Below are positions 1 through 13,231 of a stretch of DNA of 41,387 bases, piece by piece. This DNA comes from Moniliella sp. 'wahieum' (Eukaryota). Both the position numbers and the translations under genes were made by a program. The stretch covers positions 62,001 to 103,387 of the forward strand of contig RSEE01000158.1 of the NCBI GenBank assembly GCA_003971905.1, in the 5' to 3' direction. Below the pieces are notes generated by a model, which saw only the letters and a program-made list of their open reading frames with translations, did not search any database and had not been told where the DNA came from. Every line of letters begins with the position of its first letter. The first letter of the stretch is position 1.

Positions 1-2165
1 TGGCGGGGCCGGGGAGCGGGGGCAGAGCCGAAGCGTGTCGAGCCACCGTTGGCGCAGGCGCAAGCGCGGCGGACGCCGTTGCGGAAGAAGTTGTGGGTGG
101 AAGAGGGGGATGAAAATCCCGCGACTGATCTGGCAAGCAAGGGTCACAGGGCAGGATGTGGGGGGGGGAGCAGCAGCAGCAGGGGTCCGCGCGGCCTCCG
201 AGGGCTGCGCTGGCATGCCACGCTGTGCTTCTGGAGCGGCCAATAGACTGGTGAGTACTTGGTTTGGGACTTGCCACATGGGACCGGCGAGCAGGAGCAA
301 GTGGCGCAATTCGATCAGGTCGTTTAGGATCTCGTCCTGCTTATCGGCCAAAAGGATGGGACCTGTGTCGTAGCGTTGGATCATGAAAAGGTGATGTTGA
401 AGTAGCAGGGCAGCCAGTGCAGAGAGGCGGCCCAGCCATCCGCCCGAAGCAAGATGGAGACGATGAATGTAGAGGTCCTCGGGCTCTTCGCCGGTCTCCT
501 TGGCCAACTGCACAGCCTGCGCGATGGGACGGAAACCCTCAGCCTCGTTCCAGATGAGCATCAGCTTCACCAGCTCGAAGGCAGCTTGGGCGGCTGCGTC
601 GCGAGACCGGCCAAACCGTTGGGGCTCGAGCCAGCCTGGGACATAGTACCGCAGATGCAACGCGCGAAGAACAAAGAAGCGTGCCCCATGGATCGCCATC
701 CCAATCTGCATCCGCTCCAAGCTGCTGTGGATGGGGTTGAGCACGTGCGGGGGCACTCGGTCCCAGACCGAATTAAAGTGGGCGTGGAGTTCTTGGATCA
801 AAGCGTAGGCGTCTTCCTCTGGCATCTTATCCGTCTCGAGCACACGATGTATAATGTAGCTCACTTCCCATTGGAACTTGACGTACAGAGGCCATCGGCC
901 ATCTTCATGGATCTCCCAAGAGCTGTCCGAGTAGAGAAAGGAAGGGGTAGGTGGATTGCGAGTGATCGCCATGGTTGCCCGGCGCGATGTAAACACAGTG
1001 AGGGATTCGAGCAGTATGTCAGCGTCCACAAGCGGTACCGGTCGTATCGTTCCTCCTCTGACGCACTCGGGGGAGGGTCCTGGTCCAGTCCAAACGCCAG
1101 GCATCGCGCCACGCACATTGCGATCATGCTGTCGCCAAAGTGGGGCGGGCGCACCCGAATGCTCAACCGAGAGAGCATCAGTTCCACACGGATTGTCTCC
1201 AGAGTGGGGTGGACCAGAGCGCTGCCGGCCACGAGAGCTGCCATGGAGAGGTCGGCCATAACGGTAATGGGATTGCCATATACGCGCAGCAGGGGCCGGT
1301 ACAGGTCTAGGTTGCTCGGCCGAGGCACGAGGAAGGAGATGGCGACCAGGACGAGAGTAAGAGCAAGGAAGATGAGCTGTTCACGCGCCTTGGCGGGGGA
1401 GAGCGGCCGATAATTTGGCATAAAGAGCCCTGTCTGGACTTCCCGTGCCCATTGGGCCCGAAGCGATGACTGTCCACAAAGAACCGGGCGAGGAAACTGT
1501 GTTCCAGGGCGACTCGGCACATGGCCTCGACCACCGCTGGCTCCGGCATGGCCTGGACGATCATACCCAACACTGTCTCCATTGCGGGCACACCTTGCTC
1601 GTTCCACCCTTGCCGCATCAGCTCCAGAGGATGCTCGCCGCGCGGGGGCGGGAACGTGTCCCCGGCTGCTGCGGGCAAGGGGGGAAGGGGTGGGTATCGG
1701 GGATAGGAAGATCGCTAATGTCCACCTCTAGTTTCTGGGCGAGGAGAGCGGCGAGGTGGTCGACCTGATCCAGCCGCTTGACCAGCTCGCTTGCAGCGGC
1801 GGTCGCGGGAGCCGGACGAGGTGGTTTGGCGCCGGGGGGCCACTTGCACAGGTGGACCTCGTTGCGGTCCACACACGCCCCACAGGGGAAGGTGCGGTCA
1901 CACTTGAGCTTGCGGCTGGGAGAGCGTCAGTGAGGAGGAGGGACAGGACAGGAGACAGGAGGCAGCGGGCAGGAAGGGATGCGTACCGCCGGCAGTTCTC
2001 GCACGATACGGCGCGTCTGAAGCCGCCCTGGCTGCCGCCGAGTGGGTCGGAGGAGTTGGGCAGAGCGGGCTGTTTGCGCTTGCGTGCGGCCGTGGGCATG
2101 GGCTTGGGCTGGGGCTTGGGCGAGGGCGCCGGCACGGGGTGGCCGGTGTCGGTGGCGGCGTTCAT
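1..2165 (-). CDS. Fungal Zn(II)2Cys6 (GAL4-type) transcription factor, 3' end beyond window
   Basis: ATG at 2165 (MNAATDTG...). Removing intron 1916-1986 (GTACGC...CTGAC...CAG) gives SCENCRRRKLKCDRTFPCGACVDRNEVHLCKW, a six-cysteine binuclear cluster. It is followed by a helical dimerisation segment (ELVKRLDQVDHLAALLAQKL) and a long middle region (e.g. ERYDRYRLWTLTYCSN). Several frameshifts and further small introns. Confidence 0.9.
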
Positions 2166-4510
2166 GTCGCTGCGGCCACCGGGCGGCACGGACGGGTAGG
2201 ATTGATATGGATGGATGGTCGCAACGCGTCAAGTCGGACCTTCGGACGTACGCTGCTTAAATTTAGCCGGCCAGCTGCCGCGGGGGACGGCGCTAATTAA
2301 TCAGTAACCCCGCCCAGCCCAGGACGCCAACGGTCGTGTCCCCACCCACCCTGAGCAGTCGACGGTGAATCCCCACCGCCACATTCCCACCACCCGAGTG
2401 CAACGCCTGCCTGCCCAGTGCGATCCCCACTCTGCCCGACCTGGGCGCCGTGTGTCCCAGCCCATCCATCCACCCTCTGAGCGTGTCGACGGGAGTCCCA
2501 AATCTATCCTCATCCGGGCAGCATCTGTCATGGGCGGGCGCCGCCAGGGGCCCGCCCTGGGGTTTTTTGGGGTACAATCCCTTAGGCGACGGTAGGTCGA
2601 CTCACGGTAGTTTCGGGATTAGGCTGGTTGTGACCGAGCGGAGCTAGGGACGAGGAGAGGCCTTTGGTGGGGCGGCTGCACGTGTGGCAAGGCTGCGTCT
2701 GCACCGGCTTGGGCCGTAGTAACGTGTCTGAAGCCTCCGGGACTTAGGGACGGGAGGAGGCAGCGGCGGACAAACACTGCCTTAACTGGGACTGGGAATC
2801 GCCGCGACCGAAGGGGGCGCGATTGGACTGACGAAGGGCTGGAGGACGAGGTCGGAGGAGATGTCGGACGCTAACAAGAGGAGCTGCCTGTACTGGATCA
2901 ATTGGCTGGAAAACGGGCAGGAGTCGGACAGGATAGGCGGGAAAGGGACGAAAGTGGAGACGAGAGGATGACGAGAATGGAAGGTGGGGGAAAAGATCCC
3001 CATCAACCAGGGGTACAGGCAGGATCAAAAGGGAAACGGATACAAGAGGGGGTGTAGAAATGAAGACATGTCAAAAGCGGGGTTGGTCGCCACAGGCGCG
3101 ACCGAGAAAGGAAACGGAAACGGGGACGGGACGGCAGATCCGCACGGCACTGGAAGCTCGGTGGCCTTATTTAGGCCGGCCGACTTGGACTTGGGAGGGG
3201 GGCGACTATTGTCGCGCGGAGCATGGCCCTTCGGCCACGATACTTAATTTAGCCAACCATCATCACACTTGGTTGGCCTGCGGTGCACGCTCTACTTGGC
3301 ATGTGCGGAGCAGGCGGGCCTTAGCTTGGGTCGGACCATCTCGTGTCCGCCGCAGCCGTGACAGCATCAAGCAAGGGTGCCTGTGCCCAGACCATCCCTC
3401 CTCTACCCGGCCCCATCACACCTTTGCACCTCTTGTGCCGAAGCTTAGGTTGATACTCTCGAAGCGTAGTGCGTCGTGGTGAGTGTCTGTGTAGGCAGAC
3501 GACATACAGGATGAGCTTGTTCAAGTCGGGCGGCGGGGCATGTCACAGTCGGGGCTAAGGCGAGGGAGACCAGGATCGGACTAGGCCAAGGGTGTAGCAA
3601 TCGTTCGTGGGGAAGAAGCAAGAACAGAGGACATGGTGCGAAGTGGAAGGAACAGGGAAGGAGCGAGACGCTCGAGACGAAGAAATTGGAAATGGGAGCG
3701 AGATCAGCCAAACTATGACAGGGCACGCTCACTGTTTAGAATGGACGAAGCCAACGTCGATACCAAGGAGGAAGAGAGCACAGGAGAATGTACCGAGGCG
3801 ATCTGCTGGGAACCGCAAGCGTCCATCGTTCATCCGTCGAGATCTAGCCTGTCTCCCACGCGCAAGGCCAAACTCTTCGAGGCAAAGGAAAGAGGTATAG
3901 CGCGAAAATATTTCATTACACCCAAACGCATAGACATGCTGCAGGTGGGACAGATGTTGAGGTGGACATCGTTGTGGGAGAGACGGCGAAGAAGGATGTA
4001 ACGGGGGGGGGGGGGCAAAGAGCACCCACAAATGGCATTGCGAAAAAAGGGGCATCTTTTCCTCGTCATTATATCAGCTTGCCTCTCAGATCTGATATGT
4101 GACACTTGGGAGGAATGTCCCGGAAACAGAACGCCGATGCAGTGGGGTGCGTTGAGGAAAGGTCGGACACTTGTGCGGAGTGGTTTGGGCGCCGAGATGC
4201 TCGTCGCCAAGACGGCCACGCGGGAGGGAGCAGCGCGCAGCCAAGCGAAGCAAGCGATGGGAACACAATCCATGAACTGTGAAACGTTCAGCTCCCTGTC
4301 AACCATCTCAACCAGCCGCGGGTGCCCGGGGAGATGCAATGTTCAATCTCAGCGGCTCCATACCTTCTCGTCGCGGGCCGGCGTGGGCCGAGTGGTGCGG
4401 ATCAGCCGAGCGAAGGCCGAGCCGATTTCGAGCGCGACGCGAACGAGGTGGCCGCGCCGGCTGGAGCCTGGACGCGCCTGCTGCTCTCCCCCACCCTAAC
4501 CACCCACCCC

Positions 4511-5701
4511 ATGTCCCCGCGTCCCCCTCCTACCGACTCTGCGCCCGCGGCGAAGCGCAGTCGCACCGACGCCACGCCCGACAGGGACGAGGGTGTGACC
4601 GAAGCTGAAGCTGCGCTGTACGACCGCCAGATCCGCCTCTGGGGTCTGGCCGCGCAAAATCGCATGCGCAAGGCGCACATTTTGGTTGCCAACCTGCAAG
4701 GCGTGGCGACCGAGGTGATTAAGAACATTGTTCTCAGTGGTATTGGCACACTTACCATCATTGACCCGCTTCCCGTACGCGCCCAGGACCTCACCGCTGG
4801 CTTCTTCTTTCGGCAAGAGGATGTGGGCCGCTTACGTGTCGAGGTGGCCGCGGCGCGCATCCAAGCTCTCAACCCGTTGGTCAAAATCCAGACGTTTGCC
4901 TCGGACGAGGCGTTGCGAGACGCAACTGAGCTGAACAAGCTCAAGGTGGATGTGATTGTCTCGACGGCAGGGACCAAGGCTCAGTTGGTACGTCCCCCCA
5001 TCCTCCATCCTCCATCCCCAATCCCCAATCTCCTCACTTTGTTCTAGTGCGTGTGCACGAACTGACTGGGCTCAGGTGGCGCTCAACGTGCTTGCACGCG
5101 AGGTGGGGGCCAAGTTTTATGCCACCCAGACGCTTGGTCTGGATGGGTGGTGGTTCTCGGACTTGGGGCAGCACACGTACCTCGTCGAGGGTGGCGGGGG
5201 AAAAGAAGAAGATGCAGTTTACCCAGGCCTTTGTCCCGCTCTCAGAAGCGATTCTGACCCAATTTAATCTGCCTGCCAAAAAACTCAAGCGACTCAACTT
5301 GACCCAGGCTTCTTCGCCTTGCTCGGTACGTCCGTTCCTGCGCCAAGGCTCCATGGAGCAGTTGACTAACCCCCCTCTGAACAGCGTATTGGGATCAGCC
5401 CACGGCGTCGGCCCCCGAGCTCAAGCAAGCTGTCTTTGCCCAAGCTTCCTCGCGCCATGTCGATCCCCTCTCTCTCCTCTCTGACGCCGAATGGGACGGA
5501 TTTCTCCCGCGCTTTCTCGCCGCCTGGGACCAAGCTGACTTTGCGCCGACGGCCGCCGTGTTAGGAGGTTTGGTGGCGCAGGACGTGTTGAATGCGCTGG
5601 GCGCTTCCCAGCCGCCGATGGCCAACTTTACCTACCTCGACGGCGCGGCCGGTACGGCAGTGGTGTACAAGCTCGGGGTTCCCGATGCGCACAAAGTCTA
5701 A
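4511..5701 (+). CDS. AOS1: SUMO-activating enzyme E1 subunit 1 (Aos1/Rad31/SAE1; ThiF family)
   Basis: EAALYDRQIRLWGLAAQNRMRKAHILVANLQGVATEVIKNIVLSGIGTLTIID...RIQALNPLVKI at the N-terminus and FAPTAAVLGGLVAQDVLNAL...PMANFTYLDG at the C-terminus. Introns 4988-5075 and 5326-5384; stop TAA 5699-5701; indels near 5195 and 5310. Confidence 0.92.
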
Positions 5702-5885
5702 CCTGTTGGCGCCCACGCCTCCATCGTCGTGTAGTCCACTAGCCAACGTTTTATCGTAGATGACAACAGGAAGGATGGGGGCGAGGGAGAAAAGCCATGG
5801 ATGCAAGGGTGAATGCCAACTTGTGAGCTAGCACTGATCTCTAAAGGAAGTTGGGGGGGGGGAGGGGGGGAGGATCAACGCCTAC

Positions 5886-7351
5886 TTACGCCAAGCAGTG
5901 TGGCTCTGCAATTGCTACGTTATACAGGTGGGAAAAGGCGGTAGAGGGGGGATACAGGGACTGTTGTGGGTCTCGGACAGATGGGCAGGTAGTCGGAGCC
6001 TCTGTCGGCCGGGAACGAGGGTGCAAGCCACGGTAGCCATCTTCCTCCGTCCTCCCCATTCGCCTCCATCCTTCCGGTAGCACCACAATTGCCCCACAGG
6101 CGTGCCTGTGCCTGCCCCCGCTCTCTGTGTACTGCACCGCCCCCCCCCCCTGCCGGGCTATGAACTGGGCCGCCTCCCCCTCACGCCTCACCCACCCACA
6201 AAGCGCTGTATACATGCTCACTACATTTCGCTCTGCCCCCTCCGGGGCGCTACGGGCGGCACGGGATGCTGGTTCAGCCGAGGGCGCAAGGTGAGCCCAG
6301 GTGAGGCTCAACTCTGCCACGCGCGAAGCAGGTCGTCGGGGAAATGGCTTCGACGGTGGGGATCTGGTCCAGCTGGGGAGCGGTGCGGTCCACACGCGGC
6401 GACTTTTTAGGTGCCAAGCCTGTTGTCGTTCCTGTTCGTGTCGAAGCGCTGGTGCGGGGCAAGGACGGGGCAGCGAGGCGGGTCGGGGGAGCGGCGCGCC
6501 TGCCCTGTGCGCCCGAGGGGACAACGAGCGAGTTGGCCAGGTCGGGTGGGCTCGGACCAAAGTCGAGCCAGTCGCCGAGCGGAGCCAAGTCATGCGACGA
6601 GGCGGTGGTGCTGGCTTGGGCAGGCGAGAGAGCAAGGTGGGCAAGGTGCTGCTCGTAGCCCCGCTGGAAGGGGTGGCTGTGCCATGCAGGGCCGGCGGCG
6701 GGGCCAACGAGTGGGTACTGCGCATGCCAGGTAAGAAAGCGCTGCTGGCGCCGGGCGATGACAGCGACGGAGACGCAGGAGGCTTGTCTCTCCCCGTGGC
6801 CTCGTCGTGCGGGAGGCCAGCGGGACTAGGCTGGGCGGCAGACGAAGGTGGGAGTGTCGGCGAGGCCGGTGGCGATGCATTTGGTGCGGCAGTGGAAGAA
6901 TGGGCAGCAGGCTCGGCGACGGGTGCGGTGCTCCCCGGCGGGCAGCCTCTAGGTCCTCGGTGCTGCGCCATGCTTCAGTCGAGGTGGGAGGCGACCCGGG
7001 GCTGCTGGGCGGGGACGGCGACTTGGCTGGGGCGGTGGGCGGAGGGAGGGTGGCAGTGGCAGTGGCAGTGTGGCAGTGGCAGTGGCTGCGGCTGAGGCGG
7101 AGGCTGCGGCTGAGGCGGAGGCTGAGGTGGAAGAGGGGGCAGGTTGAGTGACAGGAGCAGGGGCAGGAGCAGGAGCAGGGGCAGGAGGGGATGTGGGGGG
7201 CGAGCGGGCGAGGGAGGGCTTGCTGGAGCGCAGGGCGGAGTGCAAGCTGGTGGGGCGGGTGCGGGTGGGGCCCGACGGGGCGGGGGGCGGACGGGGCGGA
7301 CGGGGCGGAGGGAGCCGGGCGCGGGCGGCGCAGCTTGCGTAGCAAACCCAT
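5886..7351 (-). CDS. Hypothetical Pro/Ala/Ser-rich low-complexity protein (boundaries uncertain)
   Basis: Overlapping long minus-strand ORFs that could join through indels, with a candidate start MGLLRKLRRPRP at 7351 after a pyrimidine-rich leader. No recognisable domain, and high GC inflates ORF length. Confidence 0.35.
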
Positions 7352-7838
7352 GGGGGAGCGGTCGGGAGAGGTGGGCAGCAAGGCGGGCAGCCGAGGGCGC
7401 TGCGGAGCAAGCGAGCACGGGCGCCTGCTGGGCCGGCGGGTGGGTGAGGGGGCTGGCCTGTGCTGGCTGGGCTGGCTGCTGGCGGGGCCCGCTCCCCTGT
7501 CATCTGTCCATGTCACTCGTACGCGCTAGCTACTCCAGTTTCAACTTTCAGCTGTGTCCAACGTCCAACATCACCATCAGTGCGCAGGCCAGCGGGCAGG
7601 CGGCAACCCTAGTGTGGGCAGCCCAGTAGGGTTCGGCGCTGGGCCCACCCCATGCGCGGTGCCTGCGTGATAAACTACTTGACAGTCAGATTCAGAGTAT
7701 GTATGTGATGGATGGATGGTGCAAGACGCAAGGTGTCCATGGCCACATGCCATTAAGAGCAACTGACCTCATCCGCTACCCAGACGGATGGTCGGTGCAC
7801 AAGGATGTTTAGGGAGAGAAAGATGATTAAGATGAGGA

Positions 7839-7880
7839 TTGGAATGGAATGGAATGGAATGGAATGGAATGAATGGAATG
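7839..7880. repeat. (GGAAT)n pentanucleotide microsatellite, about 8 units
   Basis: ttggaatggaatggaatggaatggaatggaatgaatggaatg read directly. Confidence 0.95.
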
Positions 7881-8323
7881 ATTCGGACCAGCTCTAACCG
7901 ATATAATCTCGCACCGACCCTGCTGAGACGTGTGGGCCGACAAGACGGTACGAGAGGTGGCGCGCCTGCACGCCAAAGCCCGGCGGTTGCGCTCGGCCCG
8001 AGCAAACGTCCAACAAGGGAGCGTGGATCCCCCGCCGCGCCCGAGTCCAGTCAGGGCAAGAGGGGGAGTGGAAGAATGGATGCGTGTGATGCCCGACAAG
8101 CCGCTGGCAACAGGCGCACAAGGAAAAGGGGAAAGAGGAATGGGCGAATGGGACTGTAAAAGGCGACAGAGGAAGCTCCTTTCGAAGGAGAAAGGGCCCA
8201 CAACGCAAGAGAGAGGTGGATTATACGGTAGTGTACATAGACAGAAGGGACCGCGAAGCACAGAACGTGTGCCAGCCGAGTACCCGAGCAGCAACCGCCA
8301 GCGGTACTGTGCTCAGCGAGGGC

Positions 8324-9652
8324 TCACATGCGCCTGGGCAGGGCATGGGTACGGTCCAGATCCTCGCTTCGTGGCGCGGGTTGCATCGGGATGGGACCGG
8401 GATAAGCCGAGGCGCTGGTGGCCGAAGGCTGGACCAAGGCCGCACGGGAGCCCTGCTGGTCCGACATGGCCCATTCGGTGCTCTGGGGCATGGACATGGG
8501 CATGGGCATGGGCACAACGGAATCGGTCGAATAGGCGGCCGAGTCTTTCTCCTTGCCAAACATACTCCCTACCGGGACCCATTCGGGGTGAAATCCGAAA
8601 TGACTTCCATCTCGGCCTGCGAAGTGGGACGCGAGCTTGATTGGTAGTCCTGGAATACGTCGTAAAACCCGCGTTTTTTGTGGGGGTTGCGCGGTGGAGG
8701 GGGCCTTGCGTTCCACTTGAACAGGGCGGACAAGCCCCGTTCGTTGGTCTTCTTAGCTGCGCCGTGGCTCTTTTCCCACATTAGCTCCGGCGGGGGCAGG
8801 AGGAAGGAAGGGTGGGCAAAGACAAAGACGGAAAGCGCAATAAAGATCATGGTGGCATCAAAGATGGGGAACCACATTTCGTGGGTCGAAAGGTAGCCGG
8901 TCCAGCCTTCTTTCATTTCGACGCAACGGTAGATGCAGCGGATCAAGATAAAGATGGAAGAAGTCAAGTTGGCCGCTGCCAGCCGACCAGGCCTGTTGAC
9001 CATCGTGTTTCCTCACGACCTTGTGCACGATTCCGCCGGTAGAGACGGTAGTGACGGATCATAAAGTCCGTGAGGAAGATAAGGAACGGGCCGGTGATGA
9101 GCACCTGGATGATAACCCCGGCCAGGGCAATGTTGGAACCGTGGTGGACACCTACTTTGGTGGAGGCCGTGGCACTCATCGCTCCTCCCGCAGCTTGGAC
9201 AATGAGCGAGATGACATCGCCCGTGACGAAGAAGGCAATGTACACTTTGGTGCTGCACCGGGCCAGCTCGGTGCCAACGCTGCACATGATGCGCTCCAAC
9301 ACCACATAGTTGGCCGCACTAATGAAGATGGGGGCAATGATGAGCGTGACCAGCTGGGCAATGTACGGATTGGCCTGGAAAAAGTGGTAGTGGCTGATGG
9401 TCCGCGCCACCCAGCCCACCAGTTCGCCTAGCGTGCACACGACGGCCAAGAGCATAAACCCGCCGCGGCGGAAGCGATGCGGCCAGAGGGCAAAGCAAGG
9501 TGGATGACGAGGAGGAAGGAAAAGAGTGCGCTGAAGAGGGCGCCGACCCAAAGGGTGGGAATGTACTTGTACGGTGCATGCTGTAGCTGGCAAATCGAGC
9601 CCGGGGTGGAATCGATAGCGTGGCAGTGAGAAACATCCTTGTATGCCCCCAT
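8324..9652 (-). CDS. RTA1/Rsb1-like 7-TM membrane protein (lipid-translocating exporter family)
   Basis: PYKYIPTLWVGALFSALF; GELVGWVAR; YIAQLVTLIIAPIFISAANYVVLERI; FVTGDVISLIVQAAGG; LIRCIYRCVEMKEGWTGYLSTHEMWFPIFDATMI are hallmark RTA1 motifs, spread over several frames. The C-terminal tail and stop are approximate. Confidence 0.9.
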
Positions 9653-11521
9653 GGTACGTCGTGGCGGGCGTAAAAGAAGGTAGAGAGGGGCGAGAGAAGG
9701 ATGGGGAGGTAGGATGCGAGTCGAGGGCCGGTGAAGAAGAGAAAAATAACGAAGGCGAGAGAGGGGCCCGAGCTCGTGAAGGATCCGAGCAGGAGTGGTG
9801 GTGGGGAGGAGAGGCGGGAAAAGGATACTGCTCCTTCTGGCTGCTGTGGCTCTGGACGGGTATGATTGTGTGGTTTGCGCAGTACACTTTGCATTTCACC
9901 GGGGTGCCTCCGGTCGTGGAGCGGGACTGGCGTGTGGTATGCGGGATGCGCTGCCCAAGCGCCAGCGCAGGGCAAGCGAGCGAGAGGCCAGGCGCCGCAC
10001 ACTGCCCCAGCGCCCATGCCGAGCGGGTGGAGCGTTCCGGCCGGACCGCACGAGGCGAGTGTGGAGGATGCTGCGCGGGTGAGCGCTGGCTAGTGGCTAG
10101 GAAATGGGGTTGCTGTTTTCCCGCTCACGCCCGTGCCGATCATCATGCATCATGGGCCGATCCGACACTGGGCCCCTGCCTGCTATCGCCCATCGCCTGC
10201 CCCCACGCTTGGCAGGACAGACAGGCTTGTCTTCCCCGCATTGCGTCAGAGTGCAGCCGCACTCCCCCCGTGCCAGCTCTGCCTGTGCTGTGCCCTGCTG
10301 TGCCTGGTGGGTCTCAGATCTCTTCGGCTATAGAGGTGCCAGTGAGATGTGAGATCCGCCTGCTAAGAAAGAGGTCTTGCCTTTCCTGGGCGAGCGCGTG
10401 AGCACTCGGCTGAGCTCTGGGGGATGGACTGTGGGCTGTGGGCACCCCGGCAGCGGCCGCACATCCTGCCGTCGCTTTCATCTGTGCGCAAGAATCAGGC
10501 TCAGGCGCTCTCTTTGGCGTGACGGGGTGTCTTCGGCACTTAGTACTTGAAGTAACGCGCGCGTAACGTGGAACTTGGATGGTATGCAGCACGGGGCCAC
10601 ACGAAAACTGTGGTGACTAGGACTAGCTTACTGTGTTGAACTTGATGAACCCCTACGCGCTAGGCCTTTCAATCGATACCCATTAATCATTAATCATTAG
10701 TCACTCAGTGGTCTCCTCGCCTGTCCGACCAAAGGCCTCCGAGGGCCGGTCTGGAAAACGGTCACACGAGCGGTCAGCCGGTCAGGCTCAGGCAGTAGGG
10801 GTGCCTATTGTTAGACTGACGCGTGACGCGTTACCGTTACACCGGACGCTTCTCGTCCGCACGACGCGTTGAGCTCAACACATTGAGCCCATCCCCCCAT
10901 CTCTTTTCCCGCCCGGGCTGAAAGGCTTGAAACTCGGGCCCGGCGGGCCCGGGTTTCCCGTCGGGCAGGTACACCTCCACATCGGACGTTGCAACGCGGG
11001 GGAACGTTGAACTCAACACGTTCAACCACACAAACGGCGGGAACAGCACGCGACGGTACACTGCACGACTTCGAGCTTCGTCTACAGGGTCCAGGAACGG
11101 GAACGCGGTAGCTCCTTAGTACTAGGAACAGTAGCAACTTGGTTCTCCAGGCTCAAAGGGCTAACTGCGCTAACTGCTAATTCCTGGATCCACAGCCTCT
11201 CCTTTCTATTGTTCACAGGCACTCGGCTCGGTCCTCAGTTAACACTCGGTACTCGCTCGCTCTGCCGCGGTTCAAGCTTCAACGCGGGTGGATATGGCTC
11301 GGCGTTCCTCCGCGCCGCATCGCCTGTAACAGTAACCAGCGGACAGGAGGGGTTGCAATGATTAGTGATGCCCATCGACCATCGATCGCATCTCATACCG
11401 AACGGTGCGCTTGGCGCACTCAACACGAGAGAATCTACCTGGCCTCAGGCCACACGAGGGCAACCTAACCATGGCCCCAAAACAACAGGGAACGAGTCAT
11501 GGGCGTTCCAGCTGAGCGCGC

Positions 11522-11582
11522 GGAGTACTGAGTAGAGCGAGTAGAGAGTAGAGTAGAGAGTAGAGAGTAGTGAGTAGTGAGC
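11522..11582. repeat. Degenerate (GAGTA/GAGTAGA)n simple repeat
   Basis: gagtactgagtagagcgagtagagagtagagtagagagtagagagtagtgagtagtgag read directly. Confidence 0.85.
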
Positions 11583-12250
11583 TAACGCGGAGCCGAGAAC
11601 TCAAAGTCCAAAAGCGTCAAACGTCCCAACGTCAAAAGTTCAACGGCAACCAGTCTCGCCCCCCCAACGTCCCCAAGGTGGCGCCATACCAGGCGCGAGG
11701 AGTGAAGGATACGCGTGATTCATGCACATGGTGGATTGGAGACAGAAGCCAGAGAACAAAGAACAAACAAACAACACACAAGAGGATCTCCAGTCCTACT
11801 TGGTTGCAGCGATGAGAACCACACCCAAAACGCATCGCATCCACGAGGGGACAAAGAGGGGGGCCAACCGGTGGGACCGTAGAGGCGCGCGCGCAGGGGA
11901 GGAGGACGGGCCAAAGGGAGTAGCGACGGGAAACAGTAAGGGATGAGAAAAGGAGCCAGAAAGTACAAGGAGAGACATCAACATGAGAGAAACCGAAGCA
12001 CGCCGAGCGTCGTACAGCTTCACGGGGAAAATGGAGCGAGAGTGAGACAAGAAGAAAGACAGTGACCGTAGCAGCGTTCGCACCAAGGACACAGAAGGAG
12101 GAACAACGTGTAGACGAAGACAGAGAGGTAAGGAGGTAGGCGCGGGGACGCGGGGAGAGCAGGTGCTTAATTCATCCGCTTGGTCAACTTGGACCACATG
12201 CTCGCCCGCCGTGTCGGAATCGGGGCGCTCCCCCCTGCTTTGGGCGGGGG

Positions 12251-13231
12251 CTAGGCAGACCGGAACCGAGGGAGGGATGGACTGGCTGCGCGCCTGGACA
12301 CGCAGAATGGGTGGCGGCGCGTCCCCGCGTTGACTACCGCCTTGGAACAGAAGCGGTGGGCTGTCGGTAGAAGAGGCGGCCAAGACGGGGGATCGGGTGG
12401 TGGTAATGGCACTGGTGGTGCGGGGCAGGGTGGACGGGGAAGTAGGACTGGTACTGACGGTTTCCTCGGGGGGAGCACTGCGTTTGCCCGAATGCAGGGT
12501 AAACCGACGCGTCTTGCGCCGTTCGTGATGGGAAGCGCTCTTGGCGTGCGAGCCCACGCGGGACCAGTCGCGTTCGGGCAAGGGACTAGCACTGGCCACT
12601 TGGCTCTCGGGCTCGGCATTCAACGATCCGGTTGGCGAGGCACGACGGCCGCCGCGCAGAATCGCTTCCATGTCCCACTCGGACGAAGCGGCGGAGGCGG
12701 TGGCGCCATCCAGCTGGGCGCCATAGACGCCATGCGCACGACGGGTAGGCGCGGCATACTGCTCGCCCTCGGGGGTGGCAAAGTCTTGCCACGGCTCGGG
12801 TTGACCCCCCCAGATCATTGGAGGGTTTGCTGGCGTGGGTCCGGTTCGCAGCCGACGCACGGGCAAACGCAGTGGAGCCGGGGACATGGGACATGCCGTG
12901 GCTGGACGCGCCGAGGCCGGCCACAGGGCCCTCGTTCAGCCCGGGGGTGGGGATGCCAGAGGAGCTGCCGAGGGTATAGGTGCTGTCGGCGGCGGTGCCG
13001 GTGGCGGAAAAGGCGCGGACTGGCGGAGCAGAGGCGGTGCCACGGTTGCGGTGGGGGGTCAGGGCATCGTATGGCGAGTCGTGGTGCATGCGGCCGGTGG
13101 AGGTGGAGCCGTCGAGGGCATCGATGACGTCGGTGCGCTGGTGGGTGCGGCCGGCGGTGGAGGAGGCGGGCGGGGGGGAGGGGGGGGGCAGCGGTGGTGG
13201 GGTGCAGACTGCGCTTCATGGCGGCAAGCAT
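12251..13231 (-). CDS. Pal1-family cell morphology/endocytosis protein
   Basis: RTDVIDALDGSTSTGRMHHDSPYDALTPHRNRGTASAPPVRAF (about 13010-13140) matches the Pal1 core pattern DVIDxLD...HHDGPFDACxPHRN...AP(M/V)xAF. Start ATG 13231 (MLAAMKR); 3' end uncertain because of indels. Confidence 0.8.

Noticed and set aside
454..1413. 319-aa plus-strand ORF
   Set aside because: Antisense shadow of the Zn2Cys6 TF coding region.
4493..4501. ACCCTAACC resembling a telomerase RNA template or telomere seed
   Set aside because: Single 9-mer in the C-rich AOS1 leader with no supporting structure; expected by chance.
7839..7880. (GGAAT)n identical to the human satellite III unit; contamination or centromere?
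   Set aside because: Only about 8 units, embedded seamlessly in fungal intergenic DNA; an ordinary microsatellite.
10630..10660. GAACTTGAT resembling part of a TPP riboswitch
   Set aside because: The following CxGGxTAATxCCxGCG core is absent, and no thiamine gene is nearby.
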